DNA of 64,000 nucleotides from Vicugna vicugna (taxonomy: Eukaryota): assembly GCA_013265495.1 (NCBI GenBank), contig MU062453.1, forward strand, positions 3,444,484 through 3,508,483, given 5' to 3'. The position numbers and the translations under genes were made by a program. Positions 12,532-24,553 of the stretch are shown here, piece by piece. The notes beneath the pieces are model-generated. The model worked only from the letters and a program-made list of their open reading frames with translations, searched no databases and was not told where the DNA came from. Positions within the stretch are counted from its first letter, which is position 1; the number at the start of each line of letters is the position of its first letter.

Positions 12532-12981
12532 CTGAAAGATTAAGGTCATCTGTCACTGGATTGTCCCCCTCCCTGTTTTCTACTCTGCTGAGCCAAGGTG
12601 GCCTAGTACTTACAGACACCTAGGTCTCCAGTGCCCCTGTAAAGGGCAGGGGCGGGGCGTATTGGGGGCCAACTCTTACGGACCCGGTGCCTTGCCCCTC
12701 TACATCTAAGACAGAGTCTGCTGAAATTTATTCCTGCCTCGCATCTGGCTTTCATTCCCAAGGATCGTAAACTGAAGCTTTAGAGCTTAATAAAGCACTC
12801 CTTATCACTTCAACTATAAAGGAAACCTGCTTTGGCCAAGTGCAAACAGGTCACTGACAGTGCCCATCTCATGTGCTACTGTGCCTTGTTTTCCAGCGCT
12901 GGCCGTGGCCTCTCTAGCACAGCCTTTCTAGGGGACCCGGGAACCCCACTGCACTGCACGATGTTTGATGTTGAACTTTAC

Positions 12982-13072
12982 CAAACGACAGCATGGTTTC
13001 CCTGGCTGCCGCGCGCACGGCCTCCAGGTCAGACTGGCATAGGCTGGCGATCTGATCAATGCTTTCGATGCC
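12982..13072 (-). CDS. RIPOR3: RIPOR3 coding exon 20 (GIESIDQIASLCQSDLEAVRAAARETMLSF)
   Basis: caacag acceptor, GTAAAG donor, 91 nt, phase 0/1. Confidence 0.95.
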
Positions 13073-14199
13073 CTGTTGAGTTTAGGAGGAAAAGGGTTCA
13101 TTAGAGGACATTTTAAGTAACAGGTATCCACTTTTATAAACCCCGCAGGACCAGCGTGTTCTGTGGGGCCTCAGCCCTTTCTCTGAAGGCTTCTGGGTTC
13201 CTCATGTGGCCTCAGGTTCATCAAAGTACCATTGGAGGCATCTCATCTCTTCAATCCTGACACCCTCTAGCAAGTTAGATCATTAGCTGAACTTTATGGA
13301 CACCTTCTGAAAGGCCCATCTTGAAAATGAGAAGGCATTCTTTCCTCTGGACCGTCCTACCTCCTTTGCTTCTCCCAACCTGGCCCTCCAGGTTAGACCT
13401 GGAGAGGAGTAACCCTGGCCCTGGGTCAGGCACAGCTGATGGCAGCTGCCCTCTTCCGGGGTCCAGGACCAGAGTGCACTTCAGCTCCCTCTAGTGGGCA
13501 CCCTCACCCTCTCCCTGGTTATTCAGTTATAACCAGATGGTCCTTGTAGATTTCCTGTCAGTTGGTTCCAGGATGAATGGGTAAGTGATAGTCTGCTGGA
13601 CCATTTTTCACCTAGCAACTAGGCAAAGATTTTTTTAAATGAGAGTTTCAGATGCAGGTGAGGTTGAGGTAAAATGGGCACCCCTCACATCTGCTTTCAG
13701 GGGTGTGAATGGGTCTCAAAAACATTTATCATCTCTGGCCCTGGGGTAACGCTTAATCTACCCTAAGGAAGTCATTCAAAACTTGTAAATTTTATGTAAA
13801 TTTTGAAAGCCTTATGCACAAAGATGCTCAAGTATTAGGGTAATGGGTAACTTTTGCATTTCTGTATTTTACACTTTTTTTCCCTACAACAAGTTTGTTG
13901 TGCTTTTAGACATTTTTAAATTGAGGGTATTAAACCATATAGTCCAAGAGCTCAGAAGTGAATCCCTGGGGCCACCTGCTTATTCACACGGAGCCAGAGC
14001 GAATGTTCACTATCATTGAGGGAGCTCTGCTGGTGGAGCTGACGGCCACTCCTCTACCACAAGCTCTTTACGGTGCTTTTTTTTTTGTACTGGTGAGGAT
14101 CTTTTTTTGGTCCCAGTAAGGTCATTTTGAAATGAACTAACTTCAGCATTAACCACAAGCGGGCTTCTCCCCACAGCAGCGAGGACAGGCTAAACTCAC

Positions 14200-14283
14200 C
14201 CTGAGATGTTTTAGTGCCACGCATGCGGCTTGCTGGAGTTTTGTGTCGTTCTCAGTCAGGGCATTGGTGTAGAAGAGCAAAGC
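14200..14283 (-). CDS. RIPOR3: RIPOR3 coding exon 19 (ALLFYTNALTENDTKLQQAACVALKHLR)
   Basis: ttcctag acceptor, GTGAGT donor, 84 nt; HEAT/ARM-like C-terminal region. Confidence 0.95.
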
Positions 14284-15322
14284 CTAGGAAATACAGTTGC
14301 TGTGAATGAGGGGCCAGTGAGAGCGAAGTCCCGGGTGCCCACCGCCCACCCTCCAAATGCTGACAGCACGTGTGCAGTGTTGACTGTAGGCTGCGGTATT
14401 CAGTTTATCTAGAAACGCTGGTCCCTGGGCTGAGGGTAATCAATTAAGAAAACTCTTCATCTAATAACGTTTACAAAAGGCATTCCAAAACTGTTGTCTA
14501 CATAAAATGCTAAATCAGAGCAACCCGCTGTCCAGCAGGAACAGCAGAAGAACGGAACACACAGAGGGCCACGGCAAGGCTGCTGCCTCAGCCAGAGGAA
14601 AAGCATCTTTTCCCTTCGTCAGTCGTTTCCAGTCACAGCTCTGACCCTGCCCCACTGGCCACATGACCGTGGATGGCCACGTCACTTCAGCTGGAAAATG
14701 CAGCTGGCACTTGCTTTGCAAAATTGTTGTAAGGACTTACAGGAAACATGAGAGGGGGGCGGGCGAGGATGTGCCTGGCACTTGGGTGAGCCCAAGACCA
14801 CAGTAAGGCCCCGCTGTTGCCCTTCTCCTGCCTCAGGGGCTGGTACCCTAAACCTGGAATAGTCCAGGAACCTAAAAGGCAGAGCAGTCCAATCTTGGTT
14901 TTCAAATGGACTGAACACAATGAACCATCTAGCCATACATATTAATTGAAAGTAAATGAGGATGACTGTCAGAATTCTAAGAAAGAGACATTCTACATGC
15001 AAGTGACATCTCAGAGACTGCATAGATGAGGTGCTTTAGGAACACTGAGATTAACGAGGTGGTAAGCTTGTGGCATGTGGTCTTGTGGGTTCCTCAGGTA
15101 ATGCCCGGCCACCCCAGCTCCCTCCCCGGGGCTGGTGCTGCCAGTGGTGAGGGCATGAGGAAGGCTGTATTCCTGTTCGGACCATCTCTAAATCAATACC
15201 TGGCAGCGAATGCAGCCCTCCAGTCCCTCTCTCTGTGTTTTTCCAAGAGAAAGCCCCCCTCCCTCCAGCTCCCCACAACCCACACACCTGCAGCCAGGGG
15301 GCTGCCGCCTCCCACACTGTAC

Positions 15323-15525
15323 CTTTTCCCGAAAGCTCTTGTTCCTGGCTGCGCTGGCCAGGCGAGCGCTGGCCACCCTGCACACCCGTGGGGTCCCGTC
15401 CAGCTGGAGCAGCGCCCAGGCCCTCAGTGTCTGAGGCAGGGGCTGAAGCTGGCCCAGCCGCTTCCCCTGTAGCTTCCTGACTGTCTTGGCACGGCCCACG
15501 CACTGCAGCTCCTCAACGAGTGTTA
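15323..15525 (-). CDS. RIPOR3: RIPOR3 coding exon 18 (VTLVEELQC...AARNKSFREK)
   Basis: cttccag acceptor, GTACAG donor, 203 nt, phase 1/0. Confidence 0.95.
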
Positions 15526-16007
15526 CTGGAAGAGACAGAAGAAGGATGCCCAGGGCCCCTCTGACTGCGGCCGGGCTGCAGGTCGTCCATGAGCCGTGCA
15601 GAAGCAAATCCCAGGACAAGCCCATGTGATCACTGAGGCCCAGTCTGGATGGGTTTCAAAGGAGCCTCCTGGAATCTCTAGGAAGGCTTTCTAGCAGCGA
15701 CTCAGATACACCCTGAAAGTTAATAAACCCCCAGCCCACACTTCAGGGACTCCAGCCAGCCCAGCGTCACCCTCGCATCTAGTTCTGGTCTCTGCTCTGA
15801 GGTTTGTGCCCTTGGAGCTCATTTCTACATGGGCTGAGTGTGGAATCTAATTAAATCTGTTCTCGGAAGAGCAGCTGGAGGGGAAAGAAAGAGGCAGTGA
15901 TTCTGGAAAACCAGCCTCCCAGAGCTGGGACAGAGGGCTCCGTGATGGCTGTTCCTTTGTTGTTCCTGTGTTGCTCTGAGGCCACCTGCCCCCCTGCCCC
16001 TGCCTAC

Positions 16008-16169
16008 CTTCCTTGCTGAGCTGGGCAAAGTGCTTCTCCAGGTCGGAGACACTCTGCCTCTGCAGGTAGCTGTGAAACTGGAACCAGGTGACGGTCTGTT
16101 CCTCGGGGAGCCCGGCTCGGGGCAGCAGCCCGCTGCAGCTGACCACCTGCTCCAGGAGCCTGCGGCAGG
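16008..16169 (-). CDS. RIPOR3: RIPOR3 coding exon 17 (ACRRLLEQVV...EKHFAQLSKE)
   Basis: ccccag acceptor, GTAGGC donor, 162 nt. Confidence 0.95.
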
Positions 16170-16857
16170 CTGGGGACACATGGGCGAAGGCGTGAGGGGA
16201 AACCGAGACCTCACCCCCTCGGCGCCTCTCAGCCGAACACGGCCAGGTCAGCGCACAGGCTCTCTGATGGCGCGTGGGCGGGTGTCTCTCTGTATGCCCC
16301 CGTGCCCGCGAGAAGCCTGCTCCCGCTGAGGCCACAGGCCTGAGTTGGGGGTCTTGCGGGGCTTCCGCCAGCCTTGAGCCCCACCTGCCCCTGAATCCCA
16401 GAGCCGGGGCCTGGGATAGGCAGGTGGTTAGAATTGCTGAAGTTTCAGAGCCACTGCCTGGAGTATGACTGTCACCGTTCAGTTGTCAACAGAGAAAAAT
16501 GAGACAGCTCTGCATTCTGGGGAGGGGTCCCGCCAACATTCGAGACACCCGCCTTTATGGGGCAGATAAAGTCCTGCCACAAAGGTTCCTTCTCAACCCC
16601 TTCAAGATTCTGGTGGAAGCTATGGAATCTGTCCCCAGAAAAACACACCAGCACACTCTTGTCTCCAGCTTCAGGTATCACAGACCCCTCTCTCCTCCCC
16701 CGGAAAAGGAGATGCCTTGCAGTTAAGCTGAGAAACTCCTCCATTTGATGCCATGAAGACTTGTGCAGCGATGAAGATGGGGCTAAGATGGGGCCTGCTG
16801 TGACGACACTGAAGGGCCCGGAGACTCCACCCGGCGGGGGAGGCGGGGCGGGGTTAC

Positions 16858-17019
16858 CTAGTTCCAGTTGCCCTGGGTGTTTCCCTCCGACTCTGTGCAG
16901 GAACATCTTCTTGAGCTGGTTCAGCAGCGCTGTGCCGGGGCAGGACAGGACCCCGCCGGGCTCTGTGCACCCTCTCCACACCTTCAGGCACCCCTTCCTC
17001 CGGGAAGCCTGCGGGACGA
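16858..17019 (-). CDS. RIPOR3: RIPOR3 coding exon 16 (IVPQASRRKGCLKVW...HPGQLEL)
   Basis: ctttcag acceptor, GTAACC donor, 162 nt. Confidence 0.94.
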
Positions 17020-17644
17020 CTGAAAGCCCGGACTCAGAACCTGACTGGCGGTGGGGAGGAGCAGGCAACGAGGAGGCCCAGGGTGCCCTTCCACTGGGAC
17101 CGGAGAGGTCAGGGAGGTGAGGGACTGCCTGACCTACTGCAGAGTCCCCTTCCCACGCTGAGATGTGACACTCAGAGGACAAGCAGCTTCGCTGCAAGCA
17201 CCTCATCTGGGCCACCACCTGCACCTCCCACAACAACCCTGGGGCTGTGGTCACCAGCCTCTCCTTGTGGACAAGGGGAAGTCCTATGGGGGCAGAGGCA
17301 GAACTGGGGTCACAGCTACTGTTGAGTGCACGCCGTATGCCTTGACTGGGGGATTCCTTCATGACACCTACCCAGTGGCCTCCCCATTATACAGACGGCG
17401 AAGCTGAGGCTCAAGAGGTGTCTCGTTTGCCCAGAGTCACACAGCTGACTGAGACTACCTGGCCTCCCTTCCCTCCCAGCAGTGTGTGTCTGATCCCAGC
17501 CCAGCCACTGCCTCAACTTGAGCCTCCTGGGCTCCATTTAACCTCGAGTGTCAGGAAGGGAGACGAGCCCCGCCCCCATGCTTTCATCCTCATCACTTCA
17601 CACCATTCACACAAGCAGCCCGTGGATGAAGGGCAGACACTTAC

Positions 17645-17780
17645 TCTCTTCAACAGATGTTGCCTTGCTGACCTTCTCAAAATCAAGCACAGAAAGCATC
17701 TCCAGAACTTGCTTCTGCTGTGCGGCTTCTTCCAGAAGGCAGTCCTGGACCATCCTCGACAAATTAGGAAAGTCCAGTTT
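17645..17780 (-). CDS. RIPOR3: RIPOR3 coding exon 15 (KLDFPNLSRMVQDCLLEE...SKATSVEE)
   Basis: ttcctag acceptor, GTAAGT donor, 136 nt. Confidence 0.94.
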
Positions 17781-18312
17781 CTAGGAAGCAGCCCATGATG
17801 CTCCAGGTTAGCACACGACATGCCCTCTGAGGTCAGCCACTGTGACTGTGGCTTCCATCTGCCCTGTGCCCATCCTTTCTATCCCAGTGGTAGCTCCCTG
17901 TCATCTGGGGTGTCCATTCCTCCTTCACCAAGGTGGCTGAGATAATAGGATGCAGGCTGGAGTTGCCAGGAGCCACCTTTGCCGCTAGGAGCCAGCCTGC
18001 CAGGAAGTGAAGCCAACCAACACAGGAAAGCGGTGCTGAGAGAAGGAGAAACCCAGTCATGACGGCATTTGAAACCCTGGATCCAGCTGGGCCTGAAGCC
18101 CATCTCTGGGCTTTCCAATTCTATGAGCCAAAAAAATCTTCTTTTGGTTGAGCCAGTGTTGATTAGAGTTCTGGCATCTGCGAAAGAGTTGCAATCACCA
18201 CCTTCAGCTTAGATCTTGGGCTGCATAAGGACCACATGACTATTCACCCCGACTTGAACCTTCCACCCCACCTCACCCCCTGCCCTCAGGCCCTCCTCAG
18301 TTCCTCACCCAC

Positions 18313-18436
18313 CTGCAGCAGCGCTTTGCAGATTTGGAGGTGAACCGCGAGCAGCATGTCCAGCTCCGGAGCCCCAGCCGTGAGCTCCTTGGATGACGCT
18401 TTCAGCGATGGCGGTAGAGGTGGGGTCCTGTCCGAT
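18313..18436 (-). CDS. RIPOR3: RIPOR3 coding exon 14 (SDRTPPLPPSLKASSKELTAGAPELDMLLAVHLQICKALLQ)
   Basis: actcag acceptor, GTGGGT donor, 124 nt. Confidence 0.94.
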
Positions 18437-19371
18437 CTGAGTTGAATTGAGAAGAACTGAGTGACCATTCAGTTAGCAGCTCCACTGCCTCCAAGGGGAG
18501 AGGAAGCCCTCCCTCCCTGGAGAGCTCTGATCAGGGAGGCCAATTCCAGGTCCCAGGGAGATGGAGTTAAACTGAGGATAAAACTAAGAGAAAAGGAGAA
18601 GCAGCAAAAGGTGGTAACAACTCAAAACGGGTGCTGGGATGGCGTGGGCCCCTCAGCCTTCCAGGGTGTGCGATGTGCAGCAGAAGCCTAAGGTGCAAAC
18701 TAATTCCTAGCTCTGTGACTCTGGACAAGTCTGCCTCCCCTGGCCTCAGTTCACTCATCTGTAAAGTGGGGACAGGAATCCCAAGCTCAGGGCCACGGTA
18801 GGTGAGCGAGACACAAGTGTACCCAGCACCATGTCCGCTCTGTGGCAGGGGCTGAACCTGAGCCCTGGGAGGGTGGCAGTAACACCGTAATGCTGGGTGG
18901 AAATGCACACCCTCCCCAGGGCATCGTGAGAGGAGAGAAGTGTAGCCTGTTTATGCGCTTCTGTGCTGCGGAGATCTGGGTGCAGGGGAAGCACTTGAGG
19001 GGCTCAAGTGGGCAGGTGGGGGCTGCTTCACCGAGAAGGAAGTTGTCCCAGATGAAGATGGACGGTTGTGCAACGGAAACGGGGAGCGGGGTCACTACTG
19101 CGTGACTGTTCTGTAGAGGGCAGAGGCTGCGCTGCATGCAGTGTTGTTGTCTTTTAAGATTAAAAAGAAGCCCCTCGGTCAGAGCAGAAGGCTCAGGGCC
19201 AGGCTGAGGCATCTTCATTCGCTCAGTGGTCACTGAGGAGCTGCTCTGGGCCAGGCGGGGCTGGGACATGCACATCAGGGCCTGGGCCATGGGAGACACA
19301 GGCCGGGAGGCTGGCAAACAGTGTGGCTCTGAGGCTGGTCACTGGGGCAGCACGGGGAGGGCTACACTCAC

Positions 19372-19502
19372 CGGGGGTCCTGGGAGCCCCCAAACAGGGC
19401 CAGCTCGTGCGGGGTGATGTGGGCGTTGAGGAAGGAGAAACTCTCCAGGATGCACTCCATCAGGCTGTCGGTGGAGGCATGCTCCTGGCGGGCTCCACGG
19501 GG
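19372..19502 (-). CDS. RIPOR3: RIPOR3 coding exon 13 (PRGARQEHASTDSLMECILESFSFLN...GGSQDP)
   Basis: ccacag acceptor, GTGAGT donor, 131 nt; conserved family motif LESFxFLN. Confidence 0.93.
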
Positions 19503-19943
19503 CTGTGGACAGACAGATGGCCAGACCTCAGGGCAGCCCGCTCACCTGCCCAGCACACCGACCTTCACAGCGTCACTGTCCCTCAGCAGGGCTTCAGTCC
19601 CCCAAGTCAAAGATGGGCAGGGGGGGCGCGTCTCCAAGGTCCCTCCCTAGTGGCTTGTGACAGGTCTGGCAGAACAGCTGGAGGGAGACAGATCTGAAAA
19701 ACCTCACCAGTCACAAACACCCCCAGGGACAGGACAAGTGACAGGAGTGAGCAGGAGAGCAGGGCCCTCCCCCAAGAGATCTGCTCTGCCGCCACCGACA
19801 CCTGCCACCTGGAGTGTGGGGCCATGGCTGTCAGATCGCTCAGTTTTCTAAGAAAAGCTGGAAACCTAGATTTTTATGGGGAGCTGCCCAGTTTCTAAAT
19901 ATTGACAACTAATTCCAAATTATTTTTAAAATACGGCATGGGT

Positions 19944-20078
19944 GGGGGAGGGTATAACTCAAGCGGCAGAGTGTGTGCTTAGCAATCCCCAGTACCTCCG
20001 TTAAAAAAAAATAATTAAATAAACAAAGCTAATGACTTCCCCCACAAAAAGAAACTTAAAAAAAACAAAAACAAAAAA
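19944..20078 (+). mobile_element. Camelid tRNA-derived SINE with a 20-nt internal deletion
   Basis: GGGGAGGGTATAACTCAAGCGGCAGAG A-box head, ccccagtacctcc body, A-rich tail, degenerate TSD 19934-19943 / 20079-20088. Confidence 0.85.
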
Positions 20079-21152
20079 TGGTGTGGGTCAGGCCAAACAG
20101 CTCTTCAGGAGGCTCACAGGCTCCAGCTGAGCCTCTGGATTCCAGGTGTCTCTTCTCCCGGGGAGACGTGGAAGGAGGGGGTTTTGCCAACGGGCGCGGG
20201 GGCAGGAGAGAGGGCAGGAGCCACCGCTTCTCCACCAGTCAGGTCATCACAGCCTCCTGGTGGCGGGTCCCCGATGAATCGGGGACTCCGGGGCTGATTC
20301 CCATCCCCACGCCTGGCTCCCCAGGGCCTTGTCCCACACAAAGTGCACCCAAGACCCAGCCTGAGCAGATGCCGCCCTGCAAGCCAAAACTGGGCTGACC
20401 AAAGTTGAGCCCAAAAAGAAAACCTTGAGCAACAAGAGAAGAATAAGGCTAGTTGCAGAGATTTCCTTGCCTGATAGAAAAAAAAATGTGTATCTGCAGA
20501 TATGTGTGTGCCCATGTGCACGTGCACACACACGCACCCACACACACACACACAATCAGTTCTTGTTACTGCCGGTAGTTATGGTGTATACAGCTGCCGT
20601 GACCACTGACTTTGCACACTGAGCCCTTGTTCCCCGGAGAAGTGCAGAGACCGTGAGCCTCGGGTCACATTTTCATCAACCGATCAAGATGAAACCTTGT
20701 CTTACGTGTGTCTGTTTAAAGACATCTTATTTAATACAGACTGTATCTTTGCGTCGTTAACACTGAACTCAAGGTCAACAACATTTTAACTCACGCCTGA
20801 ACAGAGCTTTGCTCACACACAGATTTTCTCCATAAAGCACTTTAGGAATGCTAGCCAGCGCCTCAGCTCGGCACCCGGGGGCTGTTTCAAACCACGAAAT
20901 CGGCAGAAATCAGCGCAGGAATGTGGACAACACAGCACCAGGTGGACGTGAAAGGACACTTGGTACAGGGTGAGCCAAGACAAGAAAGAAGAGCGGCGCC
21001 TGCTTCAGCCTCAGCCGAGACCCTGAACATCAGGTGACTCAGATTTTTGCCCCTCTGCACGCACCCCGGAACGACCTGGGAAATGTCACGAGCAAGTTTC
21101 AGCTGGTGGGTGAATTCACAAAAACAGAACCCATGAGTGTGAGAACCAGCTC

Positions 21153-21155
21153 CGC

Positions 21156-21186
<31 letters not shown>

Positions 21187-21194
21187 TGTGTGTG
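21153..21194. repeat. (CG)9(TG)12 alternating purine-pyrimidine microsatellite
   Basis: Direct sequence. Confidence 0.95.
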
Positions 21195-22314
21195 TTTAAA
21201 CATGCATATTTATACACACACAAAATTAAATCCTCATTAAATCCTCACAGATACACACACATATAAATATGTGTATTTATACACATATACATGTTTGTAC
21301 AATTTCTCTTGAAAAAACTCAAATTAAAAACCACAGCCTATAATCATTTTTTTGTTCTGACTTGCTTGACCCCAAAAAGAAAAGTTCCTCAAAGATGTTT
21401 AAAATTACTGTCTTGTGGTCTTATTTTTAAGATGTTTAGGTAAAGTTTGTATAATTTTTCAAAATACAGGTATGTGACAGACTGCTGTGTGCATGCTGAC
21501 TCAAACGGTTCTACATAAAAAAGCTGTGAAGAAATTCAAAAAAGGTGATGTTATTTCTTAAATTTTTTTCTTGACATTTTCTGGCACGTCCTTTAAAAGC
21601 ACAGTAGCAGCGACAAACGGTGAACCCATGGTTACTAGATACAAAAAATTAAGCTTTGTTCCACCTGTGCTGGATTGTAACCTTGAGGGGCTTAGGGATA
21701 AAACAACCAAAACTAAGTTTTGGAGAAAGCTGTTTAACTATTTCAGTGCCAGTGTTTGTCCTGCACAAAAGACAGTGGTTCCATAAATTAATTAATGTAT
21801 CAGTAGGTGCTGGTTTTACACATTTTATTTTATGTACATCTAATGTTATGTAAGCCAAATATGTATATACATATATGATCATCTGCTTCTGAGAACCACC
21901 CAAGAACAGCCCCTGGCGTGGGCCTTGTTGAGAAGTTTCAGTGTGGGGTGTGTGGCTGTGAGGGCCTTCCTCTGTACCAGCTCTGTCCCTGAGAACACCC
22001 CAAATTTGGGATTTTAATGCCAAGCCACAGCCCCACCTGCCAGGGTCAGAAGATGCAAGATGGGGCTGGGTTCTGGCCGGACTTGGAGTAAGTTATCCAC
22101 TCTGAGCCCCGACTTCCTCTTATTACCCTGCTCCCAGCCCAATAAGGGCCACTTGACAGATGAGCAGACTGAGGCCCAGAGAGGAGACATCGCCCACCCG
22201 GGTCACACGGGGTGAGGCCAGGGTGCTGGCCCAGGCTGGCCGCCCCAGGAACCCACTCCATGTCGTTGCACCATCAGCGAAGCAGGGCTTCTGCCCAGCG
22301 AAGAGTGGACATAC

Positions 22315-22884
22315 CTTCAGCCGGTCCCTGAAGCCGAGGACCTGGTACTCCAGCTCCCGGAGCTGGGGCGGGGCAGGGTCTCTGGACCGCAGTAAATCCA
22401 GGACCTCCTGCAGGGGCCTCTCAAGGGGCACCCGGGGCCCATCTACATCCTCAGTTTCTCCTTCATCGTGGCCCTCCTGGCTCCCCGGGATCCTGTGGTC
22501 GTGGAACGGGGAGCCCTGTGGCAGGTCCAGGCTTTCCACTCCAAAATTTCTCCAGCCAGGCTGCTCCACAAATGCACCCCCTGCCAGGTGGAACATCTCT
22601 GGCAGGAGGCCCAGGGGTGGGGGGTCCTCCTGGGCCTCCTCTTCAATAGAGATGTTGGGGCCGATGGCCAAGGGCAGGAACCCTACGTCCGAGGTAGACA
22701 CTGACGTGCTGGTCTCCGTGTCTCGGGGGTCCTCGGAGCTGAAGGAGTCCATCTCAGGCAGCTCCTGACTCTGGCTCCGCAGGCTGGGGCCCCGAATGTC
22801 ACCGTCAGACAGGCAGCTGAGGATAGAGGTGGCCCTCGGCTGGTCCAGCAGCAAGGCCTGCTGTGCTGGCTGCTGCAGGACAGA
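22315..22884 (-). CDS. RIPOR3: RIPOR3 coding exon 12, large disordered linker (SVLQQPAQQ...LEYQVLGFRDRLK)
   Basis: ctccag acceptor, GTATGT donor, 570 nt, open frame. Confidence 0.96.
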
Positions 22885-23344
22885 CTGGAGAGAGGGACAC
22901 AGGACCAGCCTCAGCAGCCACCCCGGGGACCACAGCAAGGCCCCCAGACAGCCCTCCCCTCACAGACGCCTGCTCTGCACACCCACGTTCTCAGGATGAC
23001 TGACGGCCACTGAGATGACTGGCAGCCCGGAAGTGCTGCTAAGAGCCTGGAACCTCTCGGCCATTTCCCTCATCACCCTCCATCTCACTTCTTTCCAGCT
23101 CCAGCCAGTTCTAAGAGCCTCTCCACAACTCCCTGAGGGTGGCATTGTTATAACTTCAGAGGGGCTGGGCACCGGCTGAAACTCAGGCCGCAGGAATGAG
23201 GACTGAAGTGCAAGAATCTTAATCCAGGGGTGCTGACATGAACCCTAACCCCCTCTGCTGCACCCTGACCAACCAGACCAATAATAATGGTTAATGTTCC
23301 TACAGCACCGTCTGCTTTTGCCAGGCATTCCTGAAAGCACTTCT

Positions 23345-23520
23345 CATTTACTCATTTAACCCTCACAAAACCCCATCAGCGTGGTGCTGTTATTCTCATT
23401 TCTCTGATACAGAAATTGAAGTCCAAAGAGGTTGAGTGACTTGCCCAAAGTCACACAGCAGATGAAAGGCAAAGAATTTGAACCCTGGGCCATCTGGCTC
23501 CAGTCTCCATGCTCTTGACC
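23345..23520. mobile_element. MIR SINE (one of many; similar copies near 28550-28700, 41200-41290, 43620-43820, 45150-45360, 59160-59340)
   Basis: MIR core-like text ctcatttaaccctcac...gagtgacttgcccaaagtcacacagc. Confidence 0.75.
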
Positions 23521-24423
23521 ACAGATGATTTTTTTAACCAAGGTACACTGGGACCACCATGGCCAGACAAGGAAGTTTCCTCCAAACGCACAGGCTGCCG
23601 GGATCATTTAAAGCCACCCTCCCTGACTAAGGGCCATAAGCGTGTAGCAGGTTGGTCCAGCTCAGCATCACCCTCTGGGCTTGACAGAATGTCCTGGTTT
23701 TTGTCTCTGTTCCTGGACCCTCACTAGGGCATCTGTTTTGGGAAGATACTTGACCACACTTAGATGATGTGTGTATCAGGTTATTCCTGCCCTGTCATTG
23801 GTAACAGCAAGGAACTGAAACAACCTCAATATCTTATTAAATAAAGTGCGATTTTTTTAGCCAAAATGTGGAAGTCTGCATGGTGCAAAGAAAGAGCGAG
23901 GCGTGTTCTTGGGAACAACAGCGAAGACTCCAGCATGTGACTGTGTTAAACGCCGCTGTGGGATAAAGATGCATCGGCCCCCAGATGGCACAGAGTATCT
24001 CTGGAGGAATGTGGAGGAAGGTGACAACAGTAGCCTGTGCTAAGGAGGGGACCCAGGAGGTCGCAGGAAAGAGGTGCTTTACAATACACGGTGTCAAGGT
24101 GTTACCTACTGGAAACATACTGAAGTGTAAAACAGTTTGGAGACCAAGGCCACGGCTAGAGTGGCAGAACCATCCAGAGAACCCCATCCCAGGCATCCAA
24201 GAGAGCCAGCCAAGCCCAGAACCAAGTCCAGAGGCCCCAGAATGGAGGGTCTGGCAGCAAGGAAGAAAAAATACAGATAAAACACCCAGGGTAACTCCAA
24301 AACAAGGGAGGCTGAGCCCAAAGCGTGCTACATCCAGAGGTGCCAGGCTGCTGAGCCCAGCCCCACGTGCTGGCCCCAGTCCCAGCGTGACCACGGCATC
24401 CCTGCCGGGTGAGGCTGACTCAC

Positions 24424-24553
24424 CACGTAGTACCTCTCCCGGAAGCTGGGGGTGCTCGGGGGTGTCCAGTTGTACAAGGAGCCCTTCCTGCTGCCCATGG
24501 AGAATTTGCCCACGGGGCTGGGCGACACCAGGAAGCTCTCAGTGTCAAACGGG
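24424..24553 (-). CDS. RIPOR3: RIPOR3 coding exon 11 (NPFDTESFLVSPSPVGKFSMGSRKGSLYNWTPPSTPSFRERYYV)
   Basis: ctccag acceptor, GTGAGT donor, 130 nt. Confidence 0.95.

Noticed and set aside
16472-17362. 296-aa minus-strand ORF
   Set aside because: It is RIPOR3 exon 16 plus unspliced flanking intron; only 16858-17019 is coding.
22160-22768. 202-aa plus-strand ORF antisense to RIPOR3 exon 12
   Set aside because: Shadow ORF from GC-rich codon usage on the opposite strand.
24421-24426. Tandem GTG GTG donor at the end of RIPOR3 exon 11
   Set aside because: The downstream GTGAGT is far stronger; the alternative would drop only one Val.
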